The position numbers and the translations under genes were made by a program. Shown one piece after another: positions 1 to 12,948 of a stretch of 64,000 nucleotides of DNA; the first letter of the stretch is position 1, and every line of letters begins with the position of its first letter. Below the pieces are notes generated by a model. That model had not been told where the DNA came from. It searched no databases and saw only the letters and a list, made by a program, of their open reading frames with translations. Location of the stretch: positions 153,884,001-153,948,000 of the forward strand of contig NC_042999.1 of the NCBI RefSeq assembly GCF_006345805.1, read 5' to 3'. The stretch is from Octopus sinensis (lineage: Eukaryota).

Positions 1-61
1 GTAGATAGATCTATAAAATAGGACAAAGTAATAAAATATTAAGATATATCTATAAAAATAA

Positions 62-385
62 TCGCAGGAGTGGCTACAGGCACAAGAATGGGTGTGGGGT
101 AAGAAGCTTGCTTCCCAACAATATAGTTTTGGGTTCAGTACCACTGCATGGCACATCTATAGCCTTGAACTGACCAAAGCCTTGTGAGTGGATTTGGTAG
201 ATGGAAACTGAAAGAAACCCATCATATATGTGTGTGTGTGTTATTTGTGTCTGTTTGTCTCTCCATCATCGCTTGACAACTGATGTTGGTGTGTTTATGT
301 CCCAGTCACTAAGCGGATTGACAAAAGAGACTGATAGAATAAGTGGTATTCTAATATTGGGGTTGATAAAATAGGTACCAGAACT
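62..385 (+). mobile_element. tRNA-derived SINE family A, degenerate copy
   Basis: GCAGGAGTGG...GGTTCAG head, GTGAGTGGATTTGGTAGATGGAAACTGAAAGAA core, (TG)n, GATAGAATAAGT; same layout as 5096-5500. Confidence 0.8.
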
Positions 386-1229
386 TCGCTTTCTTTTCAA
401 AACTGCTGGCCTTGTGCCAAACTTAGCAAGCTTTTCAACTAGGCCTGTGTGCTATTTCTTGCATAAGATAGGTCTATAACTCAGACAAATGAACAAAGCC
501 ATCAAGGAGATAGGTACAGCAGCTGAGACTAACTCAAGCTGGCTGTGGTTGATAAGACACCACAAGTGGAACCCTTTCATAGGTGAACACAAGCTCAGTT
601 CTCACTGGCCCACTTAGGTAAAGCAACAGGCTAAGGGGCAACATGCTTGTGACTCTGAGACACCTGCTGATAATACAGAAGGGTTTCTAGCATTGCAATG
701 AATTTAAAAGAGCTTGGAAACCTATGAGTAGCTTCTACAGGCTCTGCATGGGGCATATTATTATTATTGATTTCTGCGATTCAGATATATAGTAAATGGA
801 ATGTAATTATAGTCAAACCATTCACATTCTTCAAGGAATCAATACTAATTTGTAGATTCAGCTCACTGAAGGCTTACAGCTTACGTTATAGTATTACTTT
901 AGTTTTAATAACAGCAAATTAATAGAAAGTTCTTAGAATGGTACAAACAGCAATATCTTACAGCATGGTGTTATTAGAATTTCGTTAAATAGCTTATATT
1001 ATTGTCATAGAATAGCAGAAACATTTAACTAAATATATTACTCTACGATATTATCAAAATTTCAAAGCTATGTGGTTAAGAAGTTTGTCTAGCAACCACA
1101 TGGTTTCAGGTTCAGTTCCATTGTGCAGCTGCTTGGGTGTCTTTGGGTGAGTCTCTACCTGGGTACAACAACAACAAGTGTACTCAGAGCGCAAACCTCC
1201 ACCAAGGCAACACCAATGTCCTCTCAACG

Positions 1230-1600
1230 ATTAGCCAAAGATGATTTTGTGGACTCGTGGTCGTAGGATCGCGGTTTTGATTCCCAGACCAGGTGTTGTG
1301 AGTGTTTATTGAGCAAAAACACCTAAAGCTCCACGAGGATTTGACAGGGGGTAGTGGCGAACCCTGCTGTACTCTTTCACCATAACTTTCTCTCACTCTT
1401 TCTTCCTGCTTCTGTTGTACCTGTATTTCAAAGGGCCAGCCTTGTCACACTGTGTCACACAGAATCTCCCCAAGAACTACGTTAAGGGTACATGTGTCTG
1501 TGGAGTGCTCAGCCACTTGCATGTTATTTTCACAAGCAGGCTCTTCCGTTGATCGAATCAACTGGAACCCTTGTCGTCGCAACCGATAGAGTGCAACGAT
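1230..1600 (+). mobile_element. SINE family D (head 1 + tail X)
   Basis: Collinear with the reverse complement of 51201-51573. Confidence 0.85.
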
Positions 1601-1639
1601 GGGCCAACCAATTAGCATTTGGCTTATCATCTATATTCT

Positions 1640-1978
1640 GAGACCCCCTTCAGGCACGACACAGACCATGGGATTGCACCTAGAAAGTTACCCTCCCAGA
1701 CACAAGTCCGGGCAAGGTTGTTTATGGAAGACCAGCAGTCACTCATGCATACCGGCCTCCCCTCTCCATGCCACCAGTGTTATCAAGGGAAAGGCAAAGG
1801 CCGATACAGCTTGGCACCAATGACGTCGCAACTCATTTCTACAGCTGAGTGAACTGGAGCAACGTGAGATAAAGTGTCTTGCACAAGAACACAACATGCA
1901 GCCTGGTCCAGGATTCGAGCTCACAACCTCACTATCGTAAGCTCGACGCTCTAACCACTGAGCCATGTGCCTTCACAT
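1640..1978 (-). mobile_element. tRNA-derived SINE family E (head 2 + tail Z)
   Basis: Minus strand has A-box TGGCTCAGTGG, B-box-like GCTCGAATCC, then GTTGTGTTCTTGTGCAAGACACTTTATCTCACGTTGCTCCAGTTCACTCAGCTG, a domain shared with 20208-20515. Confidence 0.85.
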
Positions 1979-2574
1979 CTATATATAAATACACTAACAC
2001 CAAATGCATGATGCTATCACTTTATTAGTTGAAAGGAGAGGTGCAAAGAAGGAGAGAGAAACGGAATATGTTACATGCGGAGGTGTGTGATATATAATGG
2101 AAAGAAGAGGCAAACGAAGAGAGCGGGGAGAAGGTGAGGGCATTACTGAAGGAAATGTGAGAATGGGAAAAACACTATAACAGCCAATGTAAATTGGATG
2201 CTACAGAAAATATACAATTGCATCTTGCAATTTTCAAAATAACTGTGGAATTTCCATAGGTGCTGCTAGTTAAATACTAATCATTTATTCAGAGTATGAT
2301 TTATTGATTAGAGAAAATAGTAATTGCCCAAAATCACCATCTCTACTGTTGTGTGCAAGAAAAGGTACTAAACAAGTTCACACCCAATACTGTGTACTAC
2401 TTTTAACACCTTTTCACATTTATTGATACCTGAACGGGAAAGTGATTGGAAATTAGCCACATTTTATTAACCGAAGTTGCTAACTTTCACTAGTTCAGCA
2501 GAATACATCCAGAATTAATATTTTCACATTAAATCCAAGCAAACCCATTAGTGCTGATCTCTTTTTTTTTCTTT

Positions 2575-2945
2575 CATTTTTTACTTGTTTTAGGGCAATG
2601 TCTTGAAGATTTTTTAGTTGAATGAATTAACTGCAGTATTTTTTTCTAAAGCTGGTACTTATTCTATCAGTCTCCTTTGCCAAACTGCTAAGTTATGGAG
2701 ACATAAACACACCGATACTGGTTGTCAAGCAGTGGTGGGTGAACAAATACAGAGGCACACACACACACATGTATGTGTGTGTGCAATAGGCTTCTTTCAG
2801 TTTCCATCTACTAAACCCACTCACAAAGCTTTGGTCAGCCCAAAGCTATAGTGGAAGACACTTGCCCAAGGTGTCACGCAGTGGGACTGAACCCAAAACC
2901 ATGTGATTGGGAAGCAGACTTCTTACCACACAGCCACATCTGCAC
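2575..2945 (-). mobile_element. SINE family A
   Basis: Reverse complement of the family A layout. Confidence 0.85.
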
Positions 2946-3139
2946 CTATAAAAAGAAAACAAAAAAAAAATGCATTGTAAAGTGGTTGATGTTAGGAATG
3001 ACAACCATTTATAGGAACCATGCCAAAACAGATATCGTCCTGCAACTCCTAAGGCCCTGATAAACTGTCTGACCCACACCAGCATGGAAAGCTAACATTA
3101 AATGATGATGTCAATGGTAGTATATATATATCAATATCA

Positions 3140-3895
3140 GTGGTTCTCATGCTGGTGGCACGCAATAAGTAGCATTCATGCGTGTGTCATTGCCAATGTT
3201 GTGTGACTGGCTCCCCATGCCAGTGGTATGTAATAAGCACTATCCGAATGTGGTCAATGCCAGCACCCCCCACCCCAACTGACTCCTGTGCCAGTAGCAT
3301 GTAAAAGGCACCATTTGAACATGGCCAATGCCTGTGCCGTTGGCATGTAAAAAGCACCCACTACATTCTCGGAGTGGTTGGCATTAAGAAGGGCATCCAG
3401 ATGTAGAAACATTACCAGTTCAGATTGGAGCCTGGTGAGGCCTCCTGGCTCGCCAGTTCCCAGTCAAACCATCCAACCCATACTAGCATGGAAAATGGAC
3501 GTTAAGCGATGATGATGGTCTGCCAGTAGTACATAAAAAGCATTATCTGATTGTGATCAATGTCAGGCCCACTTGACTGGCTTCCGTGCCAGTGACATGT
3601 AAAAAGCACCATCCAAATGTGGTAGATACCAATACCCTGTGACTAGCTCCTGTGCAGGTGGCACGTAAAAAGCACTATCTGAATGTCATCAATGCCAGGC
3701 CCGCCTGACTGACTCCTGTGCCGGTGGCACTTAAAAGGCAACCACTACACTCTCGTTGGCGCTAGAAAGGGCATCTAGCTGTAGAAACCTTGCCAGATCA
3801 GATCGGAACCTAATGCAGCCGCTGGCTTTCCAGACCTCAGTCAAACCGTCCAATCCATGCCAGCATGGAAAACGGATGTTAAACGATGATGATAA
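3140..3895 (+). mobile_element. Two tandem copies of SINE-like family B with internal GGTGGCACGTAAAAAGCACC repeats and (ATG)n tails
   Basis: Tails GTTAAGCGATGATGATG (~3520) and GTTAAACGATGATG (~3890); shared GGAGTGGTTGGCATTAAGAAGGGCATCCAG core. Confidence 0.85.
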
Positions 3896-5095
3896 ACATT
3901 ATTAGAAATTGTATAAAAGTTTCTTTAAATATTTTGTGTATTGTAAGAATATAACCAATATATGACATATAAATTTTAACATAGGGACCCCAGTTGAGAA
4001 CGACACACACAAACACACACACATATCAAATGTAAAGCACGTAATTTGATAAACTGACAACCATCTCTGTTTGTAATTTAAGCTGCTGTCTATACAAACA
4101 AGAGCTGAAAGTGTTTACCAACCATTCAGACAACAATAACATACTGAATCAATAAAAGGAGCAACACAAAGCAAAGACTCAAGTGATTTCATTAGAATTG
4201 TGACAGATTGACCAACTTGAAACCTCTAAGAAGTTCCAAATATGACCATCCTGTCTATTTAGCCTAAATGATTAAAATACAACAGTTCGTGACAATTAGA
4301 TAGCTTTATATCATCCAAAATAACTTGAGGTCAGCAGAGGTGAGATAATCACCATAAAAAAATCTAAACAGTTGACCCTTTCATAGTAACCTATGACATC
4401 AGAGGTCATTCGAAGGGATTTGCGGTTTAACTGTCTGTAGGACAGATAAAAAGAAATATAGAAAGAGAAAAGGAAATCACCAGTTGTTCAGTAAAACAGT
4501 TTATTTTTTAGGAGCTTATTTAATGATATCACAATCTCTTCATTAAGAAGCAAAGTAATGGCTCAATTGTTGAGTAAACTCATACTAAAATACGACCCTT
4601 CATGACAAACAGACTCCGTACCTCACTTCTTTGCCCCCTCATGTAGAAAGCAGAGAAGTCTTAATTATATTAAATGCTTTGTAATGAGAATAACTTTCTT
4701 AAATAACCTAACTCTGGTAAAAAAAAAAGTGAGTGGAGACAATCCCCAAAATGTTGAATATTTGCCTTGAATAATAAATTATGATTAACCCACAGGGACA
4801 TTTTCATTATTATTAGAATGTTTCCTTAAAACTGTTTTTAAAAAATTCTTATTGCAATTCAGAGATTTGTCTTCTTTTTTTCTTTTTTTGGTAAATTTCA
4901 GATTTTACAGTTAAAAGTAAATGTTTTAATCACCTTAAAAAAAATTTTTTTTTTTAAATGCTTGACATGTCTGAATGGATTAAAACATCATAATCTTTCT
5001 TTTTTTTTGCATGAATTAAATGATTATGCAGCACATTTCCACACAACCCCACAACCAATTCACCATTTCAAGACTATACATCATTTTTAGAAACA

Positions 5096-5500
5096 GGCGC
5101 AGGAGTGGCTGTGTGGTAAGTAGCTTGCTAACCAGCCACATGGTTCCGGGTTCAGTCCCACTGCGTGGCACCTTAGGCAAGTGTCTTCTGCTATAGCCCC
5201 AGGCCGACCAATGCCTTGTGAGTGGATTTGGTAGACGGAAACTGAGAGAAGCCTGTCGTATATAAGTATATATATATATGTGTGTGTGTATATGCTTGTG
5301 TGTCTGTGTTTGTCCCCCTAGCATTGCTTGACAACCGATGCTGGTGTGTTTACGTCCCCGTCACTTAGCAGTTCGGCAAAAGAGACTGATAGAATAAGTA
5401 CTGGGCTTACAAAGAATAAGTACCGGGGTCGATTTGCTCGACTAAAGGCGGTGCTCCAGCATGGCCGCAGTCAAATGACAAACAAGTAAAAGAGTAAAAG
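5096..5500 (+). mobile_element. SINE family A, near full length
   Basis: GGCGCAGGAGTGGCTGTGTGG (A box), GGTTCAGTCCC (B box), central (TA)/(TG), 3' GCTCCAGCATGGCCGCAGTCAAATGAC...AAGTAAAAGAG. Confidence 0.92.
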
Positions 5501-5509
5501 AGAGAGAGT

Positions 5510-5965
5510 ACCATTTCCAGACAACATATCCTGTATTGGCATCAGATAAACAGCACCTGTACTGGTGCCACATAAAAAGCACCCAGTACATTCTAAAGTG
5601 GTTGTCATTAGGAATGGCATCCAGCTGTAAAAACCCATACCAAAACAAACAACTGGAGCCTGGTGCAACTCTCCGGCTTGCCAGCTCTTGTCAAACTGTG
5701 CAACCCATGCCAGCATGGAAAACTGATGTTAACCCTTTCATTACCAACCTGGCTGAAAGCGGCTCTGGTTCTGAGTACAAAAGTCTTGTTTTCATAAGAT
5801 TTGAATTAAAATCTTCCACCAAACTTTAGTCACAATTTATGTTCATAACACTAGCTGAATGATAACTAAGTTATTTTACTAAATTCTGTGTTATATTTAA
5901 AGTAATTGAAAGAAACAGAGCATCTCAAAATAAATACAGTAACGAAAGGGTTAAATGATGATGAT
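5510..5965 (+). mobile_element. Family B copy interrupted in its tail by a TTAA MITE
   Basis: GCATGGAAAACTGATG-TTAA[MITE]TTAA-ATGATGATGAT. Confidence 0.85.
5733..5950. mobile_element. piggyBac-type MITE
   Basis: TTAA at 5729-5732 and 5951-5954; termini CCCTTTCATTAC...GTAACGAAAGGG. Confidence 0.88.
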
Positions 5966-6544
5966 ATCCCCTCCAGGTAATACATATTTTCCAGACAACA
6001 TGGCAATGAAGCATTTTCAGATATCTCAAGCATACATTTTAAGAACAGAGATTAGCCAATTACATTTAGCCTTGTACCTGATTGAAGCTTATTTTATCCA
6101 CCCCCAATCCATCTCCCAAAAGGATAAAAGGTGAAGTTGACCTCCGCAAAGAGTTAGACTGTAACAAATCGGAACAAATACCATCTTGCTACTTAATAAT
6201 GGTTTCAAATTTTAGCACAGGGCCAGCAGTTTTTGAGGAGATGGGTAAGTCAATTACATCGACTCCAATGTTCAACTGGTACTTATTTTATCAACCCCAA
6301 AAAAGATGAAAGGCAAAGGAAACCCCAACTTTAAGTGCATCAAAACTACATTATGGTAGGCCGGTCTTTCAATCTTTTTTTTAATATTTTAGATAATCTA
6401 CAGATGCACTTCTGACAGCTAATTATCACAAAACAGTTGCACTAATTACCATATATTCATATATTGGAATGAAGGAGGACACCAATTCATTTCAGAGCAG
6501 CACAATGTACTGTAGTGGAATTAATATGCATATTCTGTACTATA

Positions 6545-7090
6545 GGAACAAGAGTGGCTGTGTGGTAAGTAGCTTGCTTACCAACCACATGGCACCTTGG
6601 GCAAGTGTCTTTCTACTATGGCCTTCGGCCAACCAAAGCTTTGTAAGTGAATTTGGAACACAGAAACTGAAAGAAGCCTGTTGTATATATATATATATAT
6701 AGGTGCAGGAGTGGCTGTGTGGTAAGTAGCTTGCTAACCAACCACATGGTTCTGGGTTCAGTCCCACTGCGTGGCATCTTGGGCAAGTGTCTTCTGCTAT
6801 AGCCCCGGGCCGACCAATGCCTTGTGAGTGGATTTGGTAGACGGAAACTGAAAGAAGCCTGCCGTATATATGTATATATATGTGTGTTTGTGCGTGTGTG
6901 TGTTTGTCCCCATAGCATTGCTTGACAACCGATGCTGGTGTGTTTACGTCCCCGTCACTTAGCGGTTCGGCAAAAGAGACCGATAGAATAAGTACTGGGC
7001 TTACAAAGAATAAGTCCCGGGGTCGATTTGCTCGACTAAAGGCGGTGCTCCAGCATGGCCGCAGTCAATTGACTGAAACAAGTAAAAGAG
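6545..7090 (+). mobile_element. Two tandem family A SINEs (truncated 6545-6690; near full length 6702-7090)
   Basis: The second copy is nearly identical to 5096-5500. Confidence 0.9.
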
Positions 7091-7099
7091 TGTGTATAT

Positions 7100-7345
7100 A
7101 TATATATATATAATAATAAATATTAGGGAATGAATCCAAAATTACAGGGAAAAATCAGATTTAGGGTTAAATCCAATTTTATAGTAAAATATTATATAAT
7201 ATAATTCGAGACAAAACCACTATTTTAAAACCAAACAAGGAAAGACTTAATCAATACATAAAATTTTAATATAAATTAAATAAACCGCCACTACAAATGT
7301 TTCATGTCTGCTACCGACAATCTTCAGGTGGATTTTCGATCTTCT
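7100..7345 (-). mobile_element. Probable Penelope-like element pseudo-LTR fragment abutting (TA)n
   Basis: AT-rich segment ending at a (TA)n tract and containing a hammerhead motif; the class assignment is inference. Confidence 0.5.
7288..7331 (-). ncRNA. Minimal type I hammerhead ribozyme motif
   Basis: Minus strand CCAC-CTGAAGA-TTGTC-GGTAGCA-GACAT-GAAAC-ATTT-GTA-GTGG. Intact CUGANGA/GAAA/UH core; stem I CCAC/GTGG; stem II TGTC/GACA with a U-U at 10.1/11.1; short stem III ACA/TGT. Confidence 0.6.
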
Positions 7346-8274
7346 AATCAGTATCAAATTTTGATACTTCAAAGATATGAGATAATGCATGATTAATTCA
7401 AATCAATGGGAATCAATAGGCATTATGTTTGATAGAATAATCAGAACACTAAAGGGTTAAAGGCTTTCCAACTGTGACCACCCTATCTGTTTTAAAGCAT
7501 AATGTATTTCATGATTTCTATGTCTGGTATATCATGTGAATTCACACAAGTTCCTTTAATGATTCATTCTGTGGCACAATTTGATCTAAGAGCCAGCAAT
7601 AAAAATGTTGCTTTTTTTCCATGAGAACGAAACACCACAAACACACACATACACACACCAGGAAACCTAATATGTTGGCCAACACCTCATAAACATCTGA
7701 ACAGCCAGAGTCTGAGAATGTCCTGTCCAGTTAGGTTAGGTACGTGTGTCAATAGAAACACTCACAAATCAATCGACCAGCGACGATCATAAAAGTTATG
7801 TCTGGGATTAGATGGAAAATAACACAATGAAAATATTTAGAGTGGCTTTTTAAATGACACACTGTCTACATTCTAAAGTAAGTGTCCTATGAAGCATCTG
7901 CAATGACGATGATGCTAACTTCAGACAATCCTGTAACTCTAATATTCACAAGATTAACTTCAGAAGTATAAACAGGAGTGGAAGATTTATTTTTATACCA
8001 CAATTTACTGAACAATAACAACAGCATTGATTACACATCTCAAACAGGCCACTCACTCTTCTTTACATTTCTGACTGCTAGTGACAAGGGGTCAAGGGAG
8101 TGAGTGTAACTTAGTGCATAACAATTATCACAAGGGGGCTTTGAAAAAGCACTGGCACCTTATATAAATCTGCAAAAAAGTGTGTGTGTGTGTGCATGTA
8201 TATATATAGGTACATACATACACACACACAATGATGGTGACAAGGTGTTGAAAAAAAATGATTTCAACCTAAAA

Positions 8275-8760
8275 TATATTTATTAGCCACACAGGGCTGC
8301 ACAGAGACGGGACAAATTACAAGGTAGAGCTTTTCTTTTGGGGGAGAAAAAAAAAAAGTTGGGTAGGTTTTCGATCAAAAGGGATCGTAAAAAGGAAAGA
8401 TAAAAGAAAGAGAAAAGAAAGGAAAAAAAGAGATAAAAACCCCGGATCAATAGGGATCGTGTATCACAAAAATGTCATGATATAAAGTGTAAAGGGAGTA
8501 ACAGATGAGGTTTATCCGTGGAAAGAAAAGCCTACGGAAAAGACTAAGGTAACCTCGGTCAATAATGTCAAAATAAAAGAAACAAATGGAAAAGTTTGAT
8601 GATTTTATAACAGAAACACCGAAGAAAACTGAAAATGTAAAGATGAAAGAGAAAATAATTTTTGGTTTCTGCTTTTGTTCTTTCTCAGTTGACTGATTGT
8701 TCATTTCTATGATAAGAGATATAGAAATGCTTCGGAAGGAATCCATATTTAATTAGTTTT
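8275..8760 (-). mobile_element. Possible 3' UTR of a non-LTR retrotransposon
   Basis: Minus strand is pyrimidine-rich and ends CCCTGTGTGGCTAATAAATATATT with a polyA-signal-like hexamer; no recognisable RT peptide. Confidence 0.35.
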
Positions 8761-8869
8761 TACGTAAGTGTAAAGGAACAAAATATATAATCTTTAGGCA
8801 TATATTTGATTAAATTATTTTTCTTTTACTCATAATTTCTAACTTTTATGGACACTAAACTCTGCTTGC

Positions 8870-9447
8870 AAAGATCTGTTGAGGCAAGTGAAATCAAAAT
8901 CAAATTCGATGACTGGCATCTGTGCTAGCGGGGTGCAAAGAGCACCATATAAGTGTGATCATTGACAGAGCGGCTAACCGGCTTCCGTGCCAGTGGCACA
9001 TAAAAGGCACCATTCGTGTGTGATCGTTACCGGCATCGCCTTACTGGCACCTGTGCCCGTGCTAGTAGGGTGCTAAGAGCACCATCCGAGCGTGATCATT
9101 GCCAGAGTGGCTAACTGGCTTCCGTGCTGGTGGCACGTAAAAGGTACCACTCGAGCGTGATCGTTACCAGCGTCACCTTATTGGCACCTGTGCCGGTGGC
9201 ATGTGTAAAAAGATTCGAGCGAGGTCGTTGCCAGTGCTGCCTGACTGGCCCCCGTGCCGGTGGCACGTAAAATGCACCTACTATACTCTCAGAGTGGTTG
9301 GCGTTAGGAAGGGCATCCGGCTGTAGAAACTCTGCCAGATCAAGATTGGAGCCTGGTGCAGCCATCTGGTTCGCCAGCCCTCAGTCAAAATCGTCCAACC
9401 CATGCTAGCATGTAAAGCGGACGTTAAACGATGATGATGATGATGAT
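8870..9447 (+). mobile_element. Family B, long copy with about 6 internal repeat units
   Basis: Repeated GTGGCACRTAAAA(G)GCACC units, family core, GTTAAACGATGATGATGATG tail. Confidence 0.9.
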
Positions 9448-9984
9448 AGCTGCTATATTGATCTAGTTGGATCTCATCAGTACAGCATGGTCGAGAATCT
9501 AGGGTCTATTAAACAATGCATTAAATTAAATTAACTTTACAGCACAAAAGGGGAAGCAGGTTAAGGAAGGTATACAATGAAGTCATCATTGTTCATTAGT
9601 AGAGCAGAAGAGAAAGAAATGGAGAAGTGGAGGTTTCTTTCTATAATAATAGAATTCTACCATTGTTTACAGTGGTTTCAGCTCCTCAAGAAAAGTAGCA
9701 CATTTAAGTTCACACCCAATCTTTTAAACATGAAACTGACCAGAAGTACTTTCACAGGATATAATGGAGTGGTCTACATAAAAAAAAAAACAACAACACC
9801 CACACAGCTTTAGAGCCCTCTTCACCTGTTCACCTTGCAACTTCAGACATCTGTGAGAACTCAAGTTCAGCTAACCTCAATTGTTTCTTGAAGCTTCAAG
9901 CAGTTTAAGATTTAATGATGTAAAAAAAGTACTCTCACACAACTTCAAAAACACCATTTTTAATTTACTTTTGTGTCTCAAATA

Positions 9985-10545
9985 ATGATGATGATGATAA
10001 TAATAATTCAAATTTTTAGCACAAGGCCAGCAATTCTAAAAAGAGGAGGCAGTCATTTACATTCACCTGGGACTTTATTATTTCAGAGACCCTGACAGGA
10101 TGAAAGTCAACTTTGGCAGCATTTGAACTCAGAATGTAAACCCACAAATAATGTTGCTAAGCATTTTGTCCAACACGCTAATGGTTCAGCCAGTCTGCCA
10201 GCTGAACAATAACAGTTCTTTCCAATTTCGGTACAAGGCAAGCATATTGGCAACATATTTTGAAGATAGGGGTAAGTTGGTTACATGACTGGTATTATAT
10301 TCTATCATCCCAGAAAGGATGAAAGATAATAAAAATAATCATCCTTTCTACGACAGGCACAAGACCAGAAACTTGTGGGGAGAGAGCTGGTCAATTGTGT
10401 CAACCCCGGTACTCAACCAGTGCTCATTTCATTGACCCTGAAAGGATAAAAGGTACGGTTGACCTCAACAGCATTTGAATGTAGAGTCAGAAGAAATGCT
10501 GTTATACATTTTATCTGGCACTGTAGCGATTCTGCCTGGTAAGGC
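9985..10545 (-). mobile_element. Two degenerate copies of tRNA-derived SINE family C
   Basis: Plus strand shows GCACAAGGCCAG...GGATGAAAG...TTTGAACTCAGAA, the reverse complement of 17700-17890. Confidence 0.75.
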
Positions 10546-10559
10546 AGTGGTTCTCATCT

Positions 10560-11087
10560 TAACTGATTGGAAGTGTTATCATGTACATTGTTTTGTCTTG
10601 CTATAAAAGATGGCCTACAGCAAATATTCTGCTCAATACCACAGATTTGCTTGTCAGTTGTTTGACCTCAACCAGTTGAGCATGTCCTTTAGTGGCTGAT
10701 GATATGTGCATCTCCGATCACGAGCAGAAGTAGTGGGGGAGCATCATAGCCATGTGTTGAGAGGGATTCTTTGGGGTTTGAATAATTCACCTCTGGAAAC
10801 ATGGCTGTTTCATTCAACATCCTTAAACAACCCTTATTCAGAGACCTTTTGAGCGAGATGGGTTACTCAACCAGAAGAAAATTCTAACTGGGCCCCACCT
10901 GCAAGGTCATGTGCTGTTTATCTTGATATGAGATCACCATGTCATGCACATATGGTTGTGATGCATGTGTCTATCTTACCCTTATCAGACATGTAGTCAT
11001 GATGGTTATACTGGGCTTCATATATTTTACCCCAGTGTCACTTTGATGGCATGCCCTGTTCTCTCACTCAATAATAATAATTATCAA
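10560..11087 (+). mobile_element. Interspersed repeat, probable LINE 3' end with (AAT)n tail
   Basis: More GC-rich than its surroundings and ends CTCTCACTCAATAATAATAAT. Confidence 0.5.
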
Positions 11088-11254
11088 GTTCAACAAAAAG
11101 AAAATTTAACTCTTGTTTTCCTTGTTTCAGTCAGTGGAATAAGGTCCAGTTTGGGCACCACATTGAATGGGTCGTTTCAAAAACTTGACCCCAGTACTTT
11201 TCCTTGAAGTTTGGCATTTATTTTAACAATCTCAATTGCAGAACCATAGACAAA

Positions 11255-11445
11255 CCAATACCAGTTATCAAATGGTGGTGGTGGTGGTGAGAAACACACC
11301 CACATACCTATATACAATCAACTCATAAAGGATTAGTTGGCTTCAAGCTATAGCAGAAGACATTTGCCCAAGGTGCCATGCAGTGGGACTGAACCCAGAA
11401 CCATGAGTCTGGGAGGCAATCTTACCACACAGCCAATCCTGTACC
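11255..11445 (-). mobile_element. SINE family A, partial
   Basis: GAAGACATTTGCCCAAGGTGCCATGCAGTGGGACTGAACCC. Confidence 0.8.
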
Positions 11446-11610
11446 CATATATATATAAATGTATAGAGTGAATCTCCTGGTGGCTTTAATATTAGGGTCC
11501 ACCAGCCAGATTACCCATGCAGATGATTAGTTTTCAATGGTGAAGGGAACGGATATGTAGGACCAGCTGTACTTTGGGAAAACAATGACAGAAAGATACA
11601 TACATACAGG

Positions 11611-11649
<39 letters not shown>

Positions 11650-12124
11650 TGTGGCAAATATCTGTACCATGTATGTATGTACACCTACACACCCATACCC
11701 ACATATCATTACAATCTTTTATGCATGCATGCTTTACATGTCCACATGAATGCACACACATTGAAAGCTTATGAAATTTTCCCTAAGATGCTACAATCAG
11801 GCAGTTACCCATGGAAATTACATCCCAAACTCCTACTGTAATTACCTATAATGATAATAAATGGATAATTCATGGAAGCACCAATTTTTACCATTATGCT
11901 TATCGAGAAAAATTCTATCAGGTAAGCCTTCAACCATTAATTACTATTATCTAGTTCAAACGACCAAGATTCCTCTCTAATCTCCACCCAACCTCGTGAA
12001 AAATCTATCATAAGAAATGGTTACTTAAAGAAGTACAGAGTTTGCCAAAGTTTGAATCAACACGATCCTTTGTATGATAATTCAAGAGAATCTCTAAAAA
12101 TAGCATCTGAAACTCCCTAAAAAA

Positions 12125-12310
12125 ATCATCATCGTTGTCATCTAGTATCTGTTTTTCATGCTAGTATGGGTTAGACCGTTTCACTGGAACTGGTAAACCA
12201 AAGAGCAGCACCAGACTCCAATCTGTTTTGGCTTGGTTTCTATGGCTGGATGCCCTTCCTAATGCCAACCACTCCATAGAGTGTCTTTTATGTGTCACCA
12301 GTATGGGTGT
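12125..12310 (-). mobile_element. Family B, partial
   Basis: CATCATCATCG...CATGCTAGTATGGGTT...GGATGCCCTTCCTAATGCCAACCACTCC. Confidence 0.8.
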
Positions 12311-12329
12311 TGAACATCTTTTTATCGTT

Positions 12330-12695
12330 TACATTTTTAATTGTTTCAGTCATTAGACTGTGGCCATGCTGGGGCACCGCCTTGAATTTTTAGTCAAATG
12401 AATTGACCCCACTGCTTTTTTATATTTAAAGCCTGGTATTTATTTTATTGGTTTCTTTTGCTGAACAACTAAGTTACAGTTGTTGAGTGGGGGACAAACA
12501 GATCCACACACACACACACACGATGGGCTTCTTTCAGTTTCTGTCAAACCAAATCCACTCACGAGGCTTTGGTTGGACCAAGGCTATAGTGGAATACACT
12601 TTCCCAAGGTGCCACACACTGGGACTGAACCTGGAATCATGTGGTTGGGAAGCAAGCTTCTTATCACACAGCTATGCCTGAGCCTGCATAGAATA
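12330..12695 (-). mobile_element. SINE family A about 85 bp from the 12780 exon donor
   Basis: Reverse complement of the family A layout. Confidence 0.88.
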
Positions 12696-12768
12696 CATTT
12701 TTCAAAGTGAAAATATTTGGTAAAGTAAGGAAACAGAGAATGGTTTAACTTTCAGAGGTGAAATTTCA

Positions 12769-12948
<180 letters not shown>

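Noticed and set aside
4100-4450. Two acceptor-like sites on the minus strand followed by short open frames
   Set aside because: Frames close quickly and do not match the next AHCYL exon (EMPG...GCTH).
5096-5170. tRNA-like A/B boxes in SINE heads
   Set aside because: No complete cloverleaf; these are SINE promoters, not tRNA genes.
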